A stretch of DNA of 59,565 nt, taken from the NCBI GenBank assembly GCA_964443565.1, contig CAYUCT010000003.1, positions 1 to 59,565 of the forward strand. The letters are read 5' to 3'. Below, one piece after another: positions 18,549 through 29,327 of this stretch. This stretch comes from Candidatus Woesearchaeota archaeon. GTDB lineage: Archaea; Nanobdellota; Nanobdellia; Pacearchaeales; UBA284. Numbering within the stretch: the first letter of the stretch is position 1; the number at the start of each line of letters is the position of its first letter. Both the position numbers and the translations under genes were made by a program. The notes under the pieces are model-generated. The model searched no databases and was not told the origin of the DNA. It saw only the letters and a list, made by a program, of their open reading frames with translations.

Positions 18549-19877
18549 ATGAAAAACAAAATTTGGTTTTTTGCATTGACTCTTTTTGTTTTGGTTTTAG
18601 GAATAGGCAATGTTCTTGCAGATTCTTGGAATACAACTGAACAGCCAAGCATAACCCAAATGACTGTAAGTATTGAAGGCAACGACGTTTTTACAGGTAG
18701 CTGTGTAAAAGATTCAGTATTAACTTTCTGGAACTGTAACACAGACCAACTTGAAACACCTGCATTTGAAAGAAGTCAAGATGTTTCAGTAAAAGTCACT
18801 TTCATTGCTGGAGAAGACTTAGAAAATTTAGAAATAAAAGCATGGATCTCAGGATATAGCGAAGATATTGAATCTGTAACTTCAAAATTCGATGTATTCG
18901 AAGGAAATATGTACACAAGAACTTTAACATTGAATCTTCCAGAAGATTTAGATGCAAAAGACGAGTATACATTGCATGTAGAATTTCTTCAAAAAAGTAG
19001 TCTATCTGGAATTGAAAGCGCAGAAATAAACACTCTTGTTCAAAAATTATCTGACCAACTTAAAATTTTAAGTGTTGATTTATTTGGATATTACGGAGAA
19101 GTTTATTCTGGAAACACACTTTACGCAGACGTTGTTGTTAAAAATTTTGGGAATCATCAAGTTGAGGATGTATTTGTTAAAGCATCAATTAAGGAACTTG
19201 GAATAAGCAGAAATGTTTATGTCGGAGACATTGCTTCTGAAGACGATTGTTCTAATGATTGTGATGAAGAAGACGCACAAGTTGCAAGATTAATTTTAAC
19301 AATCCCTCAAGATGCAGTATCTGGAACATATCTTCTTGAAATTGAAGTAGAAGGAGACAATATTGTTGATAAGGTTGTTAAACCAATCTATATAGAAAGG
19401 ATAACAAATCCATTAACACCCTCAAATCCATCATATGGTGGTTTGGAATTATCTGCTTTCACTACAATGAATGAAGTAGAAGCCGGAGAAGGAACAGCAT
19501 TCACCGTAACCGTATCTAATACAGGTTCAAGTGCAATGATAGTATCTTTATCTGCATTAGGAATTGATGACTGGGCATCAGCACAAATAAATCCATCAGT
19601 GATTACTTTGTCACCAGGCGAATCAAAAACCGCAACAGTCTATTTGGTAGTTAAAAATTCAGACGTAGAAGGAGAACATATCTTTACAGTAAAAGCTTCT
19701 TCAGGAACAATTTCAAAACAAATGAATTTAACAGTAGATGTTAAAGAAAGCAGATCCATGAGTTTACAAACAATCTTAATGATTGTTGGTGCAATTTTAG
19801 GATTAGCAATTGTTGTATTGTTAATTGTTCTTTTAACAAAAAGAAATAGTGCAAAAGTAGAAGAAAACTACTACTAA
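18549..19877 (+). CDS. Secreted surface protein with a C-terminal transmembrane anchor
   Basis: N-terminal signal-like segment, beta-rich repeats, and a C-terminal hydrophobic helix followed by KRN. Confidence 0.6.
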   Translation: MKNKIWFFALTLFVLVLGIGNVLADSWNTTEQPSITQMTVSIEGNDVFTGSCVKDSVLTFWNCNTDQLETPAFERSQDVSVKVTFIAGEDLENLEIKAWISGYSEDIESVTSKFDVFEGNMYTRTLTLNLPEDLDAKDEYTLHVEFLQKSSLSGIESAEINTLVQKLSDQLKILSVDLFGYYGEVYSGNTLYADVVVKNFGNHQVEDVFVKASIKELGISRNVYVGDIASEDDCSNDCDEEDAQVARLILTIPQDAVSGTYLLEIEVEGDNIVDKVVKPIYIERITNPLTPSNPSYGGLELSAFTTMNEVEAGEGTAFTVTVSNTGSSAMIVSLSALGIDDWASAQINPSVITLSPGESKTATVYLVVKNSDVEGEHIFTVKASSGTISKQMNLTVDVKESRSMSLQTILMIVGAILGLAIVVLLIVLLTKRNSAKVEENYY

Positions 19878-19934
19878 GAAGATTTTTAATTTTTTTCTTT
19901 TTTTTATTTTTTCTTTTTTTTATTTTATTCTTCT

Positions 19935-21092
19935 TTATCTCTTTAAATATTCATTAAGAAGTTTTTCTTTATATTGCTCTTTTTTTGTCTGATAAACATT
20001 CTTAAGATACTTTTTCATATTTATCATCGATTCTGCTTCTTTCTTAAATCTTTCTGAATAATATAGGATGTCATTAAAATAACTGGTGGTTACTGGAAGA
20101 TATTTTGGAAGTTCAGGAACATTTTCCAAATTTCTTTCATTATAAATCCAATTTCCTGCATGATAGTTCATTATAGTTAAATATAAATTTCCATCAAATT
20201 TGTTAAATGCATCAATATCTTTTTTTATTCCAATTTCTAAACCTCTTGTAGTAAATCTTTCATCAAATTTTTTTAAATTTTCTTCTAATTGTTCTTTGTT
20301 TTTAGAACGTTTTTTTATTTGACTAATGGAATCTTTTAATTCTTCAATATATCTTCCCATGTAGAAATTCATAGAATCTTTATTCTCTTTATATCCTTTT
20401 TGAAAATCTTTTATTTCCACAGAAAAATAATCCCAACCATCTAAATTTTTTGTATTATTAAATTGTTTTTTAAAATAGGTTACTGCTTTAGAATTCAATC
20501 TTTCAGATTCTTGCGAAAATTCTCTTCCTTTAAAATAATCTTTTGTTTTAAAAACTTTTAATCCATATCCTTCTGCAGTTTCGGGCATTAATTGTATCAT
20601 TCCTGCTGCACCAACATTTGAAATAGCATATCTACTAAATTCGCTTTCACAATAAATTTGTGCTAAAATTGTAAAAGGGGAAATCCTTAAATTTTCAGAG
20701 TTGGGTATAGACGGTTTATTATTTTTATATGGGTGGCTATATTTATTATAATTTTTTATTAATGTAGAAACAATTTTTTCTTTTATTTCTTTATCTATAC
20801 TATAAGACAAAAATCCTTCAATCATTGCTAATTCTTCGGCATACTCTTCTATTTCTTTTAATTTATTCCCATCAACAATTTCATTTAAAGAATTATTTTT
20901 TAAATAATTTTCTCTTTTGATTAATTCTTGTTCTAAATTCAAATAATCTTGATACCATCCAGAAACTTCTTCTTCTTTTATTTTCTTTAATGATTTATCT
21001 TCTAGAGCAAAGTTATTATCAAAATTACAACTAAAAGCACCAACTAAACTACCAAATAATAAAGATTTAATTAAAACGTTTTTTATTTTCAT
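19935..21092 (-). CDS. SLT-domain lytic transglycosylase-like protein (secreted)
   Basis: YCESEFS (catalytic E-S) and AAGMIQLMPETA are SLT motifs. An N-terminal signal or lipobox-like segment is present (SLVGAFSC). Confidence 0.75.
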   Translation of the reverse strand: MKIKNVLIKSLLFGSLVGAFSCNFDNNFALEDKSLKKIKEEEVSGWYQDYLNLEQELIKRENYLKNNSLNEIVDGNKLKEIEEYAEELAMIEGFLSYSIDKEIKEKIVSTLIKNYNKYSHPYKNNKPSIPNSENLRISPFTILAQIYCESEFSRYAISNVGAAGMIQLMPETAEGYGLKVFKTKDYFKGREFSQESERLNSKAVTYFKKQFNNTKNLDGWDYFSVEIKDFQKGYKENKDSMNFYMGRYIEELKDSISQIKKRSKNKEQLEENLKKFDERFTTRGLEIGIKKDIDAFNKFDGNLYLTIMNYHAGNWIYNERNLENVPELPKYLPVTTSYFNDILYYSERFKKEAESMINMKKYLKNVYQTKKEQYKEKLLNEYLKR

Positions 21093-21261
21093 TTCCCTTG
21101 CCTTTCCCTATCCATTTTTAATTATTTTTTAATTTTTTATACCTTTGGTTTTTTTATTTTCGGTTTTTTAACATAACTTTTATTAAAACATCTTTTTTAA
21201 TACAATAATGTTTTTAAAATGGGTTTTTCTTTATTAAACATAAAAAAGGTAAGGGACATAA

Positions 21262-23832
21262 ATGAATTTAAAATTTAATTCAATCAAAAAAGAAAATTTT
21301 GCATTTTCGGTAATTTTAATAATCTTCTCTTTATTCTTAATTGGAAATTTGATATTTACAATTCCACAAGTAAAAGCAGATTTTTTTCTTAATACTAATT
21401 TAACAACAAATACTGTGTGCCCTTCCAGCACAATTATTTTGGCAACAGCAGTTTCTACAACAGAAGCCGGAGCATTTACAATTACCCAAGCAGGTAGCGC
21501 TTCAAATTTTGCTACAACGGTTCCAACAGGATTATATCTTGAAGCATATCAAACAGACATAGTATATACATATTTAACTCCCTCAACAAGAGTTTCACCA
21601 GGATTGTATACTCTAGAAATAAAAGTAGAAGGAAATGGTAAAATAAAAACTTCAACGCAAACAATTGTTGTTGAAAATTGTCATAATACCAATTTAATTG
21701 TAGAACCAAAAGAGCAAACAATCTGTGCATGTGAAAATAATTTGATTAAATTAACATTATTTAATAATGGAAAATATTTAGAAAATTATAATTTGGGAGC
21801 AGATGGAATTGCGGCATCATGGTTAAATTTAAGTTCTACTGCTTTAACCTTGCAAGGAAATTCTAGTCAAGATGTTTATGCTTATATCAGTACGCCTTGC
21901 AATGTTCTTGGAAAATATGAAGTAAACTTTGTAGCAAAATCTGAATCTGAATATTCTCAAACAAATGCAAAATCATCATTAAATGTTGTATTCTGTTATG
22001 ATTATTCAATTATCCCTGAAAAATATTATTATCCTATTTGTGAAAATGAAAAAATTTCTATTCCCGTAACTATTACAAACAAGGGAGTGAGAACAAACAA
22101 TTATAAAATTAATTTATATTCTGCAGATTGGATAACTGCAGATCAAAAAGAACTTTCTGTTGAAAAAAATAGTTCAAAAATATTCAATATTCTTGCACAA
22201 CCTGCATTTAAAACTCTTGGAAATTATACTGCAACAATTGAAGTATTAAGTAATGAAGGGAAAGTTATCAAGAAACAAGAAATTTTATTTGAAAGTAAAA
22301 ACTGTTATAATGTTTTAACAGACATTCAAGAGAGTAAAGACAGAATGTGCAATGCATTATCTAAAAGCTATTCTGTATTAATAAAAAATACTGGAAGTTT
22401 CAAAAATATTTATGATATTACAATTGATGGGCCAGCATGGGCAACAATTTCAGAAAAAAGATTAACATTAAATGCATCCGAAGAAAAATTATTAACCTTG
22501 GAATTAAATCCTCCTTATGAAGTAAAACCAGAAACATACGAAATAAAAGTTACAGCAATAGATAAGATAAGCAATTATAGTTATTCAGACACAATAACCT
22601 TATCTACAATTTCTGTTGAAGATTGTTATAAACCCCAAATTAGTTCTCAAAATAATGAAATTGAGATTGCAAAAGATAATACCGGGACAGTAGTTTTTGT
22701 AATTGAAAATAAAGGAATAAATGAAGCAGAATATTCCCTGGAATTATCTGGAACAGCAACGCAATTTGCAGAATTAAATCCTGGAACAGTGATAATTAAA
22801 CCAGCAAAAGCACAAACAGTTTATTTATATTTATCTCCAAGTCCAGAAGTTATGCTTGGGAATTATAGTTTAACCGTCTCTGCAAGATTAAAAGATACAA
22901 CAATTGTTTCAACAAAAACAATTAATGTTATTGTAACAAAAGAAGTAGGGCAAAAAATAACAAACGAAACAAATGTAACACAGACAGAAGTTGTAGTTCA
23001 AAAGAGCATATTCCAAAAAATTGCAGAATGGTTTTCATCTATCTTTGCAAAAAATGAAAATAAAAATAATAACGACATAACTACAAATGTAATTGAAGCA
23101 AATACAACAGATACAATCAATATAACAAATGCAACAAATATTACAAATACAACAAATCTTACTTCCAATATTCAAGAAGAAATATTGATTGAAAATAAAA
23201 CAGAAGATAATAACTCCGAAGACAATAAAACCGAGATAATTGAAGAAATAAATGTCACCAATGAAACCGTAGTAATTGAAGAAACACCGGTTGAAGAGGA
23301 AACATCGACAGAAGAACAAGTTATTCAACCAACTCCTGAAATAAAACAAACGGCTCCAATTTTAGAAAATCAAATTCCAAATGTAAATATTAAAAAGAAT
23401 GATAAAATAACTTTTGATTTATCCTACTTTTTTGAAGATCCAAACGAATTAAAATTAACTTTTGTAACAATTAAACCAGCAAATGTGGATATTGTTATAA
23501 ATAGCACACAAGCAACAGTTATTCCTAAAACCGACTATACTGGAATGGTTCAAATGACATTTTATGCATCAAATGGAAAAGAAATAACTCCAAGTAATAA
23601 ATTTAACATAACTATTTCAGATAAAGCAACAACGGTTTTATCATACGAAGAAGATTCAAAAGAAATTACTATAGATAAAGCATCATTTTCAGCAAAAACA
23701 TTTTGGAATCAATACAAATATTATCTTATTCTTTCAATATTTGTTATAATTGTTTTAGCATTGATTCTAAGCGGTGCAGCAAAGAAAGCAATTAATTTTT
23801 TCCAAGAAGATGATGAAGAGAAAGAAGATTAA
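21262..23832 (+). CDS. Large surface protein with repeated beta domains, a sequon-rich linker and a C-terminal TM anchor
   Basis: Signal-like N-terminus, repeated ~100-aa Cys-punctuated modules, an NITNATNITNTTN linker, and a C-terminal helix. Confidence 0.6.
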   Translation: MNLKFNSIKKENFAFSVILIIFSLFLIGNLIFTIPQVKADFFLNTNLTTNTVCPSSTIILATAVSTTEAGAFTITQAGSASNFATTVPTGLYLEAYQTDIVYTYLTPSTRVSPGLYTLEIKVEGNGKIKTSTQTIVVENCHNTNLIVEPKEQTICACENNLIKLTLFNNGKYLENYNLGADGIAASWLNLSSTALTLQGNSSQDVYAYISTPCNVLGKYEVNFVAKSESEYSQTNAKSSLNVVFCYDYSIIPEKYYYPICENEKISIPVTITNKGVRTNNYKINLYSADWITADQKELSVEKNSSKIFNILAQPAFKTLGNYTATIEVLSNEGKVIKKQEILFESKNCYNVLTDIQESKDRMCNALSKSYSVLIKNTGSFKNIYDITIDGPAWATISEKRLTLNASEEKLLTLELNPPYEVKPETYEIKVTAIDKISNYSYSDTITLSTISVEDCYKPQISSQNNEIEIAKDNTGTVVFVIENKGINEAEYSLELSGTATQFAELNPGTVIIKPAKAQTVYLYLSPSPEVMLGNYSLTVSARLKDTTIVSTKTINVIVTKEVGQKITNETNVTQTEVVVQKSIFQKIAEWFSSIFAKNENKNNNDITTNVIEANTTDTINITNATNITNTTNLTSNIQEEILIENKTEDNNSEDNKTEIIEEINVTNETVVIEETPVEEETSTEEQVIQPTPEIKQTAPILENQIPNVNIKKNDKITFDLSYFFEDPNELKLTFVTIKPANVDIVINSTQATVIPKTDYTGMVQMTFYASNGKEITPSNKFNITISDKATTVLSYEEDSKEITIDKASFSAKTFWNQYKYYLILSIFVIIVLALILSGAAKKAINFFQEDDEEKED

Positions 23833-23870
23833 TTTTTTTTTAATTTGTTATTTTAGGAGATTATAAAATT

Positions 23871-24893
23871 ATGGAACAAACAGAAAAAAAGAATAATGAA
23901 AAAGAATTTCTAGAAAATCTTTTTGAAGAAGTTGAATTATTAGACACATTAAAAGGAAAATTAGGATATTTAACAAAAGCAAAATGGGAGATTATTCAAA
24001 ATTCCACATCGGGGGAGATAAAAAATGAATATTACAATGCGCTTATTGGGTTAATCAAAGAATCTTTAAAAGAGAAAGTAAGTGTTTGTTGGATACAAGA
24101 GGGTTATTCAATAATTGTTGATAATATAAGCAATGATAATCTAAAATTAGAGTTAAAGAAAATCTTGATTTCTGGTTATACCCAAGAAGCAGAAAAATGG
24201 TTCACTGAAAAACATTTTGGCCGTGCCGGAAACAATTTTTTAAAAGCAGTAGAATTAAGCAGCGATAAAAAACAAAAAGATGAATTGATAAATAAAACAA
24301 TCTATTGTTATACCCAGGCTGCCGAAAATAATTGGGGGATAAGCGAGATTAATCATTATGGATCTACTACCCATGTTGCTTTTAATTATTATAGTAAAGT
24401 TATAGATTCAATAGATGACAAAAAAGATAAGCAAAAAAAGTGTATTGAAATAGGGGATAGATTTCTTCAACGCGGATCAATGCCAAGTTATGAAGAAGCA
24501 TTTGACTTTTATAAGCATGCATTGAAAATTAGTGAAGATATAAAAGAAAAAGCAGAAATTTTTATGCATATAAAAGAAATTTATGAAAAAAAATATTTTT
24601 ATGTAAAAGAAATATTCAAGATTTATCAAGAATTTAGTAACCAACAACCAAAAGAAGTTCAATTAGAAATAAATATTCTGGAGGGGGATAAAGAGTTTGA
24701 AAATAGAGATTATAACTGTGCTAGAGATTCTTATTCAAATGCACTTTCAAAATTTAATGACCTTTTAACAGATAAAAGAAAAGTATATTTATTAAAAAGA
24801 ATAAGTAGTTCTTATGAAAAAAATGGTAATTTTGAAAAAGCAATAGCAACTAAAAAAGAAGCACTAGATTTAGAATCAAGATTAAATAATTAA
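23871..24893 (+). CDS. TPR-like repeat protein, hypothetical
   Basis: Helical repeat pattern. 340 aa. Confidence 0.45.
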   Translation: MEQTEKKNNEKEFLENLFEEVELLDTLKGKLGYLTKAKWEIIQNSTSGEIKNEYYNALIGLIKESLKEKVSVCWIQEGYSIIVDNISNDNLKLELKKILISGYTQEAEKWFTEKHFGRAGNNFLKAVELSSDKKQKDELINKTIYCYTQAAENNWGISEINHYGSTTHVAFNYYSKVIDSIDDKKDKQKKCIEIGDRFLQRGSMPSYEEAFDFYKHALKISEDIKEKAEIFMHIKEIYEKKYFYVKEIFKIYQEFSNQQPKEVQLEINILEGDKEFENRDYNCARDSYSNALSKFNDLLTDKRKVYLLKRISSSYEKNGNFEKAIATKKEALDLESRLNN

Positions 24894-24907
24894 TTTTAAG
24901 AATTTAT

Positions 24908-27829
24908 TTACAATTTCATACTAACTAATTTGCTTATTCCTTCTTGCATGCTTGTTCCATATAATGTTTGTGCATGAGAAATAATATCATCATTATGCGA
25001 GATTATGATATATTGTGAGGACTTTATATTTTGTTCCATTAATTCTGCTAATCGTTCTGAATTTCTTTTGTCTAATGGCGCATCAATTTCATCAAAGATA
25101 TAAAATGAATAAGGTTTGTATTTTTGTATAGCAAAAATTAAAGCTAATGCAACAATTGTTTTTTCTCCTCCAGATAAAGATTCTGCATCCATATACTTGC
25201 CTTTAGCCAATCTTATAATAATATTTAATCCTCCTTCAAAAGTATTTTGTTTATTTTCTAAATCTAAAAAGGCTTCTCCCTTATTTGAAAGCATTATAAA
25301 ATTTCTTGAAAATGCTTCGTTTATTGCATCAAAAGTTTGCATAAATGCTCTTTTCTTTTTTCGGTCTATTTCTTCAATTAATTTTAAAATTTCTTGTTTT
25401 TCTTCATCTAATTTTTTCAAGCTTTGTGCGATTTCATCATATTCTGTTTTTATTTTATCATAAACTTCTAATGCTCTCATGTTAACAGAACCAATATTCT
25501 TTAATTCATCTTCGTGTTTAGAAATTTTTCTTTCTAATTCATCTATAGACTGTTTAATTAATTCAACACCTGCGTATTGTTTAAACTCTAAACTCAGGGT
25601 AGATAATTCGGCGTCGATTCTTGCTTTTTCTATTTTTAAATCATTAATTTCTGATTCAATTAATATCTGTTTTGATTGAATTTCTTTTGTTTTTTCTTCA
25701 TTATCATAAATTTTTTCTTGCAATTTTGATTTTTCTTCTAATTGGGATTTAAATTTTTTGTCTATCTCTTCTTGTTTTTTTTGTTTTCTCTCAAAATCTT
25801 TTTGTTTTCCTTCTAATTCTTTGATTATTTCTTGGTGTTTGGATTCAATTTCTAATTTTTCTCTTTTGCTTGATTTGATTACATTCTCAATTCTTTCAAT
25901 TTCTCTTTTTTTCATAGAAATTTCGGCATTTTTGTCTTTTTCTATGTCTGTTCTTTCAAAGTTTGTTGAATTTAACTTTAATAATTCTTCTTTTAATTTT
26001 TCTATTTTTTCATTATTCTCTAAAATTATAAAATCAATATTTTCAACATTTGGAATATTTTTCATTAAATTTTCAATTTCTGTTTTTATTACGTCTATAT
26101 CATTTGTTAAATTTGATTCAGAAGATTTTAAATTATTAAACTTATTTTCATTATTCTCTAAATCATTTTTTAATCTTTTTACTACATCTAATTCTTTTTC
26201 TTTTTGTAATAATTCTAAGATATTTTCTGCGGTTTTTTGTATTTCTTTTTCTAAAGAATCTTTATCTTTTGTTTTTATATGAATATCTTTTTCTATTGTT
26301 TCTAATATTTCTTTTAATTCTCTTTTTAGCAAATCTTTGTGTTCTTTAGTAACAATTTGATTACAAGTTGGGCATTTGTTTAATTGTAAAATCTCGTCGA
26401 TATTTTGTTTGTGAATATCTTTTCGGGTTATCAGAGAAATAATTTCTTTTTCAATCATATTCCTGTCGGTCTTTCTTTTTTCAATTATCTGTTCATGATT
26501 AATTCTATGGCTTTTTATTTCATCAGTGATCCCACGGGTTTCTATTTTTTTTATTTCTTCTTTTAAATTTACAATCAATTTCGCAAGAGAATATAATTCT
26601 TCTTTAATTCTGGAATAATTTTTTTCAGTTTCTATTAATTTTGTTTCTTTTTTAGCAATTTCAGTTTTTATTATATGATAATTATCTTTTTTACTTTCAT
26701 AGTCCATATTTTTCTTTTTTATTGATTGTATTTCTTCTGTTACTTTCTTGTATCTCTCTTTTTCTGAAGAAGAAATTTTTTCATGATAGGATTTTTCTAA
26801 ATCTTCAATTTCTTTTTTTGCTCTAGAAATAGTTTCAATTAAATTTTCTTCTCTTTGAGAAATAGAATTTATTTGGTCATTTAGATTATCTCGTTTTAAT
26901 TTTAAGGTTGTTAATTCTGTATTCAAATTAACAACTTCTTGCCGTAATATTTCTTGTTCAACACCCGTTTGTTTTTCAATTTTGTCTTCGATATCTCTTA
27001 TTTTTTGATTTATTTCAGAAACTTCAAGTTTATAACTCTCTATTTTTTCCCTTGTTTTTTCAAGAATATTTTTCTTTTCAGTAATTTCTGAATTTAATTT
27101 TGATTCATTCTTTTTTTTATCTTCTATTTTTTTTGCCAATACTGAAGCTTTTTCTTTAATAATTTCTTTTTGCAATGAATCTGCTTTTAATGCTTGTTCC
27201 CTTTCATTTTCTAGATTTTTAAGATATCCTGTTCTTGCGTCTAATACGGTTTTTATTTCTCTTGTTTTAAATTCTGTTTTTTCTAATTCATTTAATGATT
27301 TTTCTTTTCTGCTTTCATAAATTGAAATTCCGGCAATTTCTTCAATAATCTCTCGTCTTTCTTCCGGATGCATTTTAACAAAATTGTCTATTTCGGACTG
27401 CAAGATAATATTAAATCCCTCTGGATCAATTGATGCTTGGGCTAGCATTTCTAATATTTCTTGTCTTGTTTTAGTTTCTCCATTTATTTTATAGACACTC
27501 GTCCCATCTTTTTTTAGAATTCTTTTTAATTCTACTTCTCTTTGAGATATTGCAAATGCCCCATCAGAATTATCAAAGACTAAACTTACTTCTGCATTGC
27601 TTGCGGGTTTGTATTCTTTCCCCCCATTATATATTAGATTTGCGGATTTTGCTGCTCGCATACTTTTAGCACTTAATCTTCCAAGAACAAAACAAATTGC
27701 TTCACTTATATTACTTTTTCCAGAACCATTTGGACCAACAATCACGTTTAATCCTTGTTCAAATATAATCTCTGTTGGTTTTGCAAAAGACTTAAATCCA
27801 TGCATAACTAATTTTTTTATATATGGCAT
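24908..27829 (-). CDS. SMC-family ATPase lacking a recognisable hinge, with a central CxxC motif
   Basis: SMC-type head: GFKSF..VGPNGSGKSNISEAICFVLG at the N-terminus; LSGGEKTIVALALIFAIQ..FYIFDEIDAPLD at the C-terminus. Long heptad-like regions. CPTC at residues 486-489 of 973. Confidence 0.85.
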   Translation of the reverse strand: MPYIKKLVMHGFKSFAKPTEIIFEQGLNVIVGPNGSGKSNISEAICFVLGRLSAKSMRAAKSANLIYNGGKEYKPASNAEVSLVFDNSDGAFAISQREVELKRILKKDGTSVYKINGETKTRQEILEMLAQASIDPEGFNIILQSEIDNFVKMHPEERREIIEEIAGISIYESRKEKSLNELEKTEFKTREIKTVLDARTGYLKNLENEREQALKADSLQKEIIKEKASVLAKKIEDKKKNESKLNSEITEKKNILEKTREKIESYKLEVSEINQKIRDIEDKIEKQTGVEQEILRQEVVNLNTELTTLKLKRDNLNDQINSISQREENLIETISRAKKEIEDLEKSYHEKISSSEKERYKKVTEEIQSIKKKNMDYESKKDNYHIIKTEIAKKETKLIETEKNYSRIKEELYSLAKLIVNLKEEIKKIETRGITDEIKSHRINHEQIIEKRKTDRNMIEKEIISLITRKDIHKQNIDEILQLNKCPTCNQIVTKEHKDLLKRELKEILETIEKDIHIKTKDKDSLEKEIQKTAENILELLQKEKELDVVKRLKNDLENNENKFNNLKSSESNLTNDIDVIKTEIENLMKNIPNVENIDFIILENNEKIEKLKEELLKLNSTNFERTDIEKDKNAEISMKKREIERIENVIKSSKREKLEIESKHQEIIKELEGKQKDFERKQKKQEEIDKKFKSQLEEKSKLQEKIYDNEEKTKEIQSKQILIESEINDLKIEKARIDAELSTLSLEFKQYAGVELIKQSIDELERKISKHEDELKNIGSVNMRALEVYDKIKTEYDEIAQSLKKLDEEKQEILKLIEEIDRKKKRAFMQTFDAINEAFSRNFIMLSNKGEAFLDLENKQNTFEGGLNIIIRLAKGKYMDAESLSGGEKTIVALALIFAIQKYKPYSFYIFDEIDAPLDKRNSERLAELMEQNIKSSQYIIISHNDDIISHAQTLYGTSMQEGISKLVSMKL

Positions 27830-27965
27830 TTATACTTCGTTCTCCTTTTTATTAGATAATCTTAACTCTTTTTAAATAATATATTCAGCAAAATTACTTT
27901 TATAAGGTTTTTCTTTTACATTTACGAGGAGAAAAACTTTTAAGATAACCAATTGAAGCATTATT

Positions 27966-28514
27966 TTAATCTGTTGTCTTCTCAGCTAAATTTTTATTTT
28001 TATACTTAGGATTTTCAGTAACATCTAATCCTAATGGTTTAATCAAATTTGCTTCTTTTATTGAAGGAACCTCAATTTCTAGAACAATTAAATCTCTATC
28101 TGTGTAAACATCAATTTCAGATTTATAATTTTTATAAGGCAAACATAATCTAATTTTTTCAATACGCCTGCTTTTAGTTTTATTCCAAAATTTATTAAAA
28201 TCTCTTTTATCAAGTTCAATTTCTAATTCATTTCGAGAAAGAGTTCCTTCTCCTTTAACTGTAAAATAAAAATTATTTCCTTTTTTTCTAAGTCTTGCTT
28301 CAACTGGATTAAAATTTATTTTTTCTTTAAATTTACTTGAAAATTCCGGGATATAATTCAAAGATAAATATCCCTCTTGAATGGGTGTTCCATTAATCAG
28401 AACAATTTTTTTTAATTGATTTAAAGAATTTCCATAAAAAGAAATAAATTCCTTAGTGATATAATCTTTTTTATTTTCCCTCAAAAGAAATTTTTTTTCA
28501 ATTTCTTTTCCCAT
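27966..28514 (-). CDS. CYTH-domain protein (triphosphate tunnel metalloenzyme)
   Basis: N-terminal EIEKKFLL (ExExK) and later EIE motifs. 182 aa. Confidence 0.75.
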   Translation of the reverse strand: MGKEIEKKFLLRENKKDYITKEFISFYGNSLNQLKKIVLINGTPIQEGYLSLNYIPEFSSKFKEKINFNPVEARLRKKGNNFYFTVKGEGTLSRNELEIELDKRDFNKFWNKTKSRRIEKIRLCLPYKNYKSEIDVYTDRDLIVLEIEVPSIKEANLIKPLGLDVTENPKYKNKNLAEKTTD

Positions 28515-28586
28515 AAAATTTAAAGATTTTATATTCTTTATATACCTTTCTTTAAATTTACCAATATAATCTTTAATTCTAGAAAC

Positions 28587-29327
28587 CTATCTAAGCATCA
28601 AAACCAATCCCCCTCGTCCTTCTCTTGTTGATGCTTGTCTATGAGATATTTGATATCCCCTCTTCTTTTCAGATAATTTAGAAAGATTATATGTATTAAC
28701 ATTTAGATCTTTAATATTCAATGGATTTATTCCAATTTTAATTAAATCTCTTAAAATCATTTGTTTTAAATCAATAAAATAAAATCCGTCTTTCTTTGTA
28801 ATAGACTCTAATAGGGTTGCTCTTTTTAATTTTAAAGTTTTATATTTAAAATTTTCTGGGAAAATATATGGGGAAAAACCGATTTGTGTTTTGGATAAAT
28901 TATTATTTATAGAAAAAATTTTAAAAAATTTTTTAAGTATATTTTTGTCCAATGTTTTTAATGTTGCATGAACTAAACCGATTTCTTTATCTCCAACCAC
29001 CATTAATTGTGGACAATCGCCAAAACCTGTAAATAATGGAATATTTCGCATCCCGGTTATTACTCCATCATATCCATTACATTTACTAACTTGACCAGTA
29101 TATCCCGAATGTGAAAGATCCTTAAGGTATAAGATCTTTGTTTCAAAAGAATTTGCAATTACAACCCGATTATTAAAATATCTCTGAATTTTTAAATTTT
29201 TGAATAATTCTTTTTGATTTTTAATAGCATCGTTAGAATATTTAAGAAAATAATTTTTTTGAGGAATTGAAATATCAATTGTATCTAGAACATTTTGTTT
29301 AAACTTATAACTATAATATTCTCGCAT
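28587..29327 (-). CDS. Possible YfiH/DUF152 (laccase-domain/PgeF-like) protein
   Basis: GFGDCPQLMV...GLVHA resembles the Cys/His motifs of that family. The match is weak. Confidence 0.4.
   Translation of the reverse strand: MREYYSYKFKQNVLDTIDISIPQKNYFLKYSNDAIKNQKELFKNLKIQRYFNNRVVIANSFETKILYLKDLSHSGYTGQVSKCNGYDGVITGMRNIPLFTGFGDCPQLMVVGDKEIGLVHATLKTLDKNILKKFFKIFSINNNLSKTQIGFSPYIFPENFKYKTLKLKRATLLESITKKDGFYFIDLKQMILRDLIKIGINPLNIKDLNVNTYNLSKLSEKKRGYQISHRQASTREGRGGLVLMLR

Noticed and set aside
23090-23170. Apparent DNA tandem repeat (AATATAACAAATGCAACAAATATTACAAATACAACAAAT).
   Set aside because: It lies inside the large surface-protein ORF and encodes an N-x-T/S sequon-rich low-complexity linker (NITNATNITNTTN). 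It is a coding feature, not an independent repeat element.
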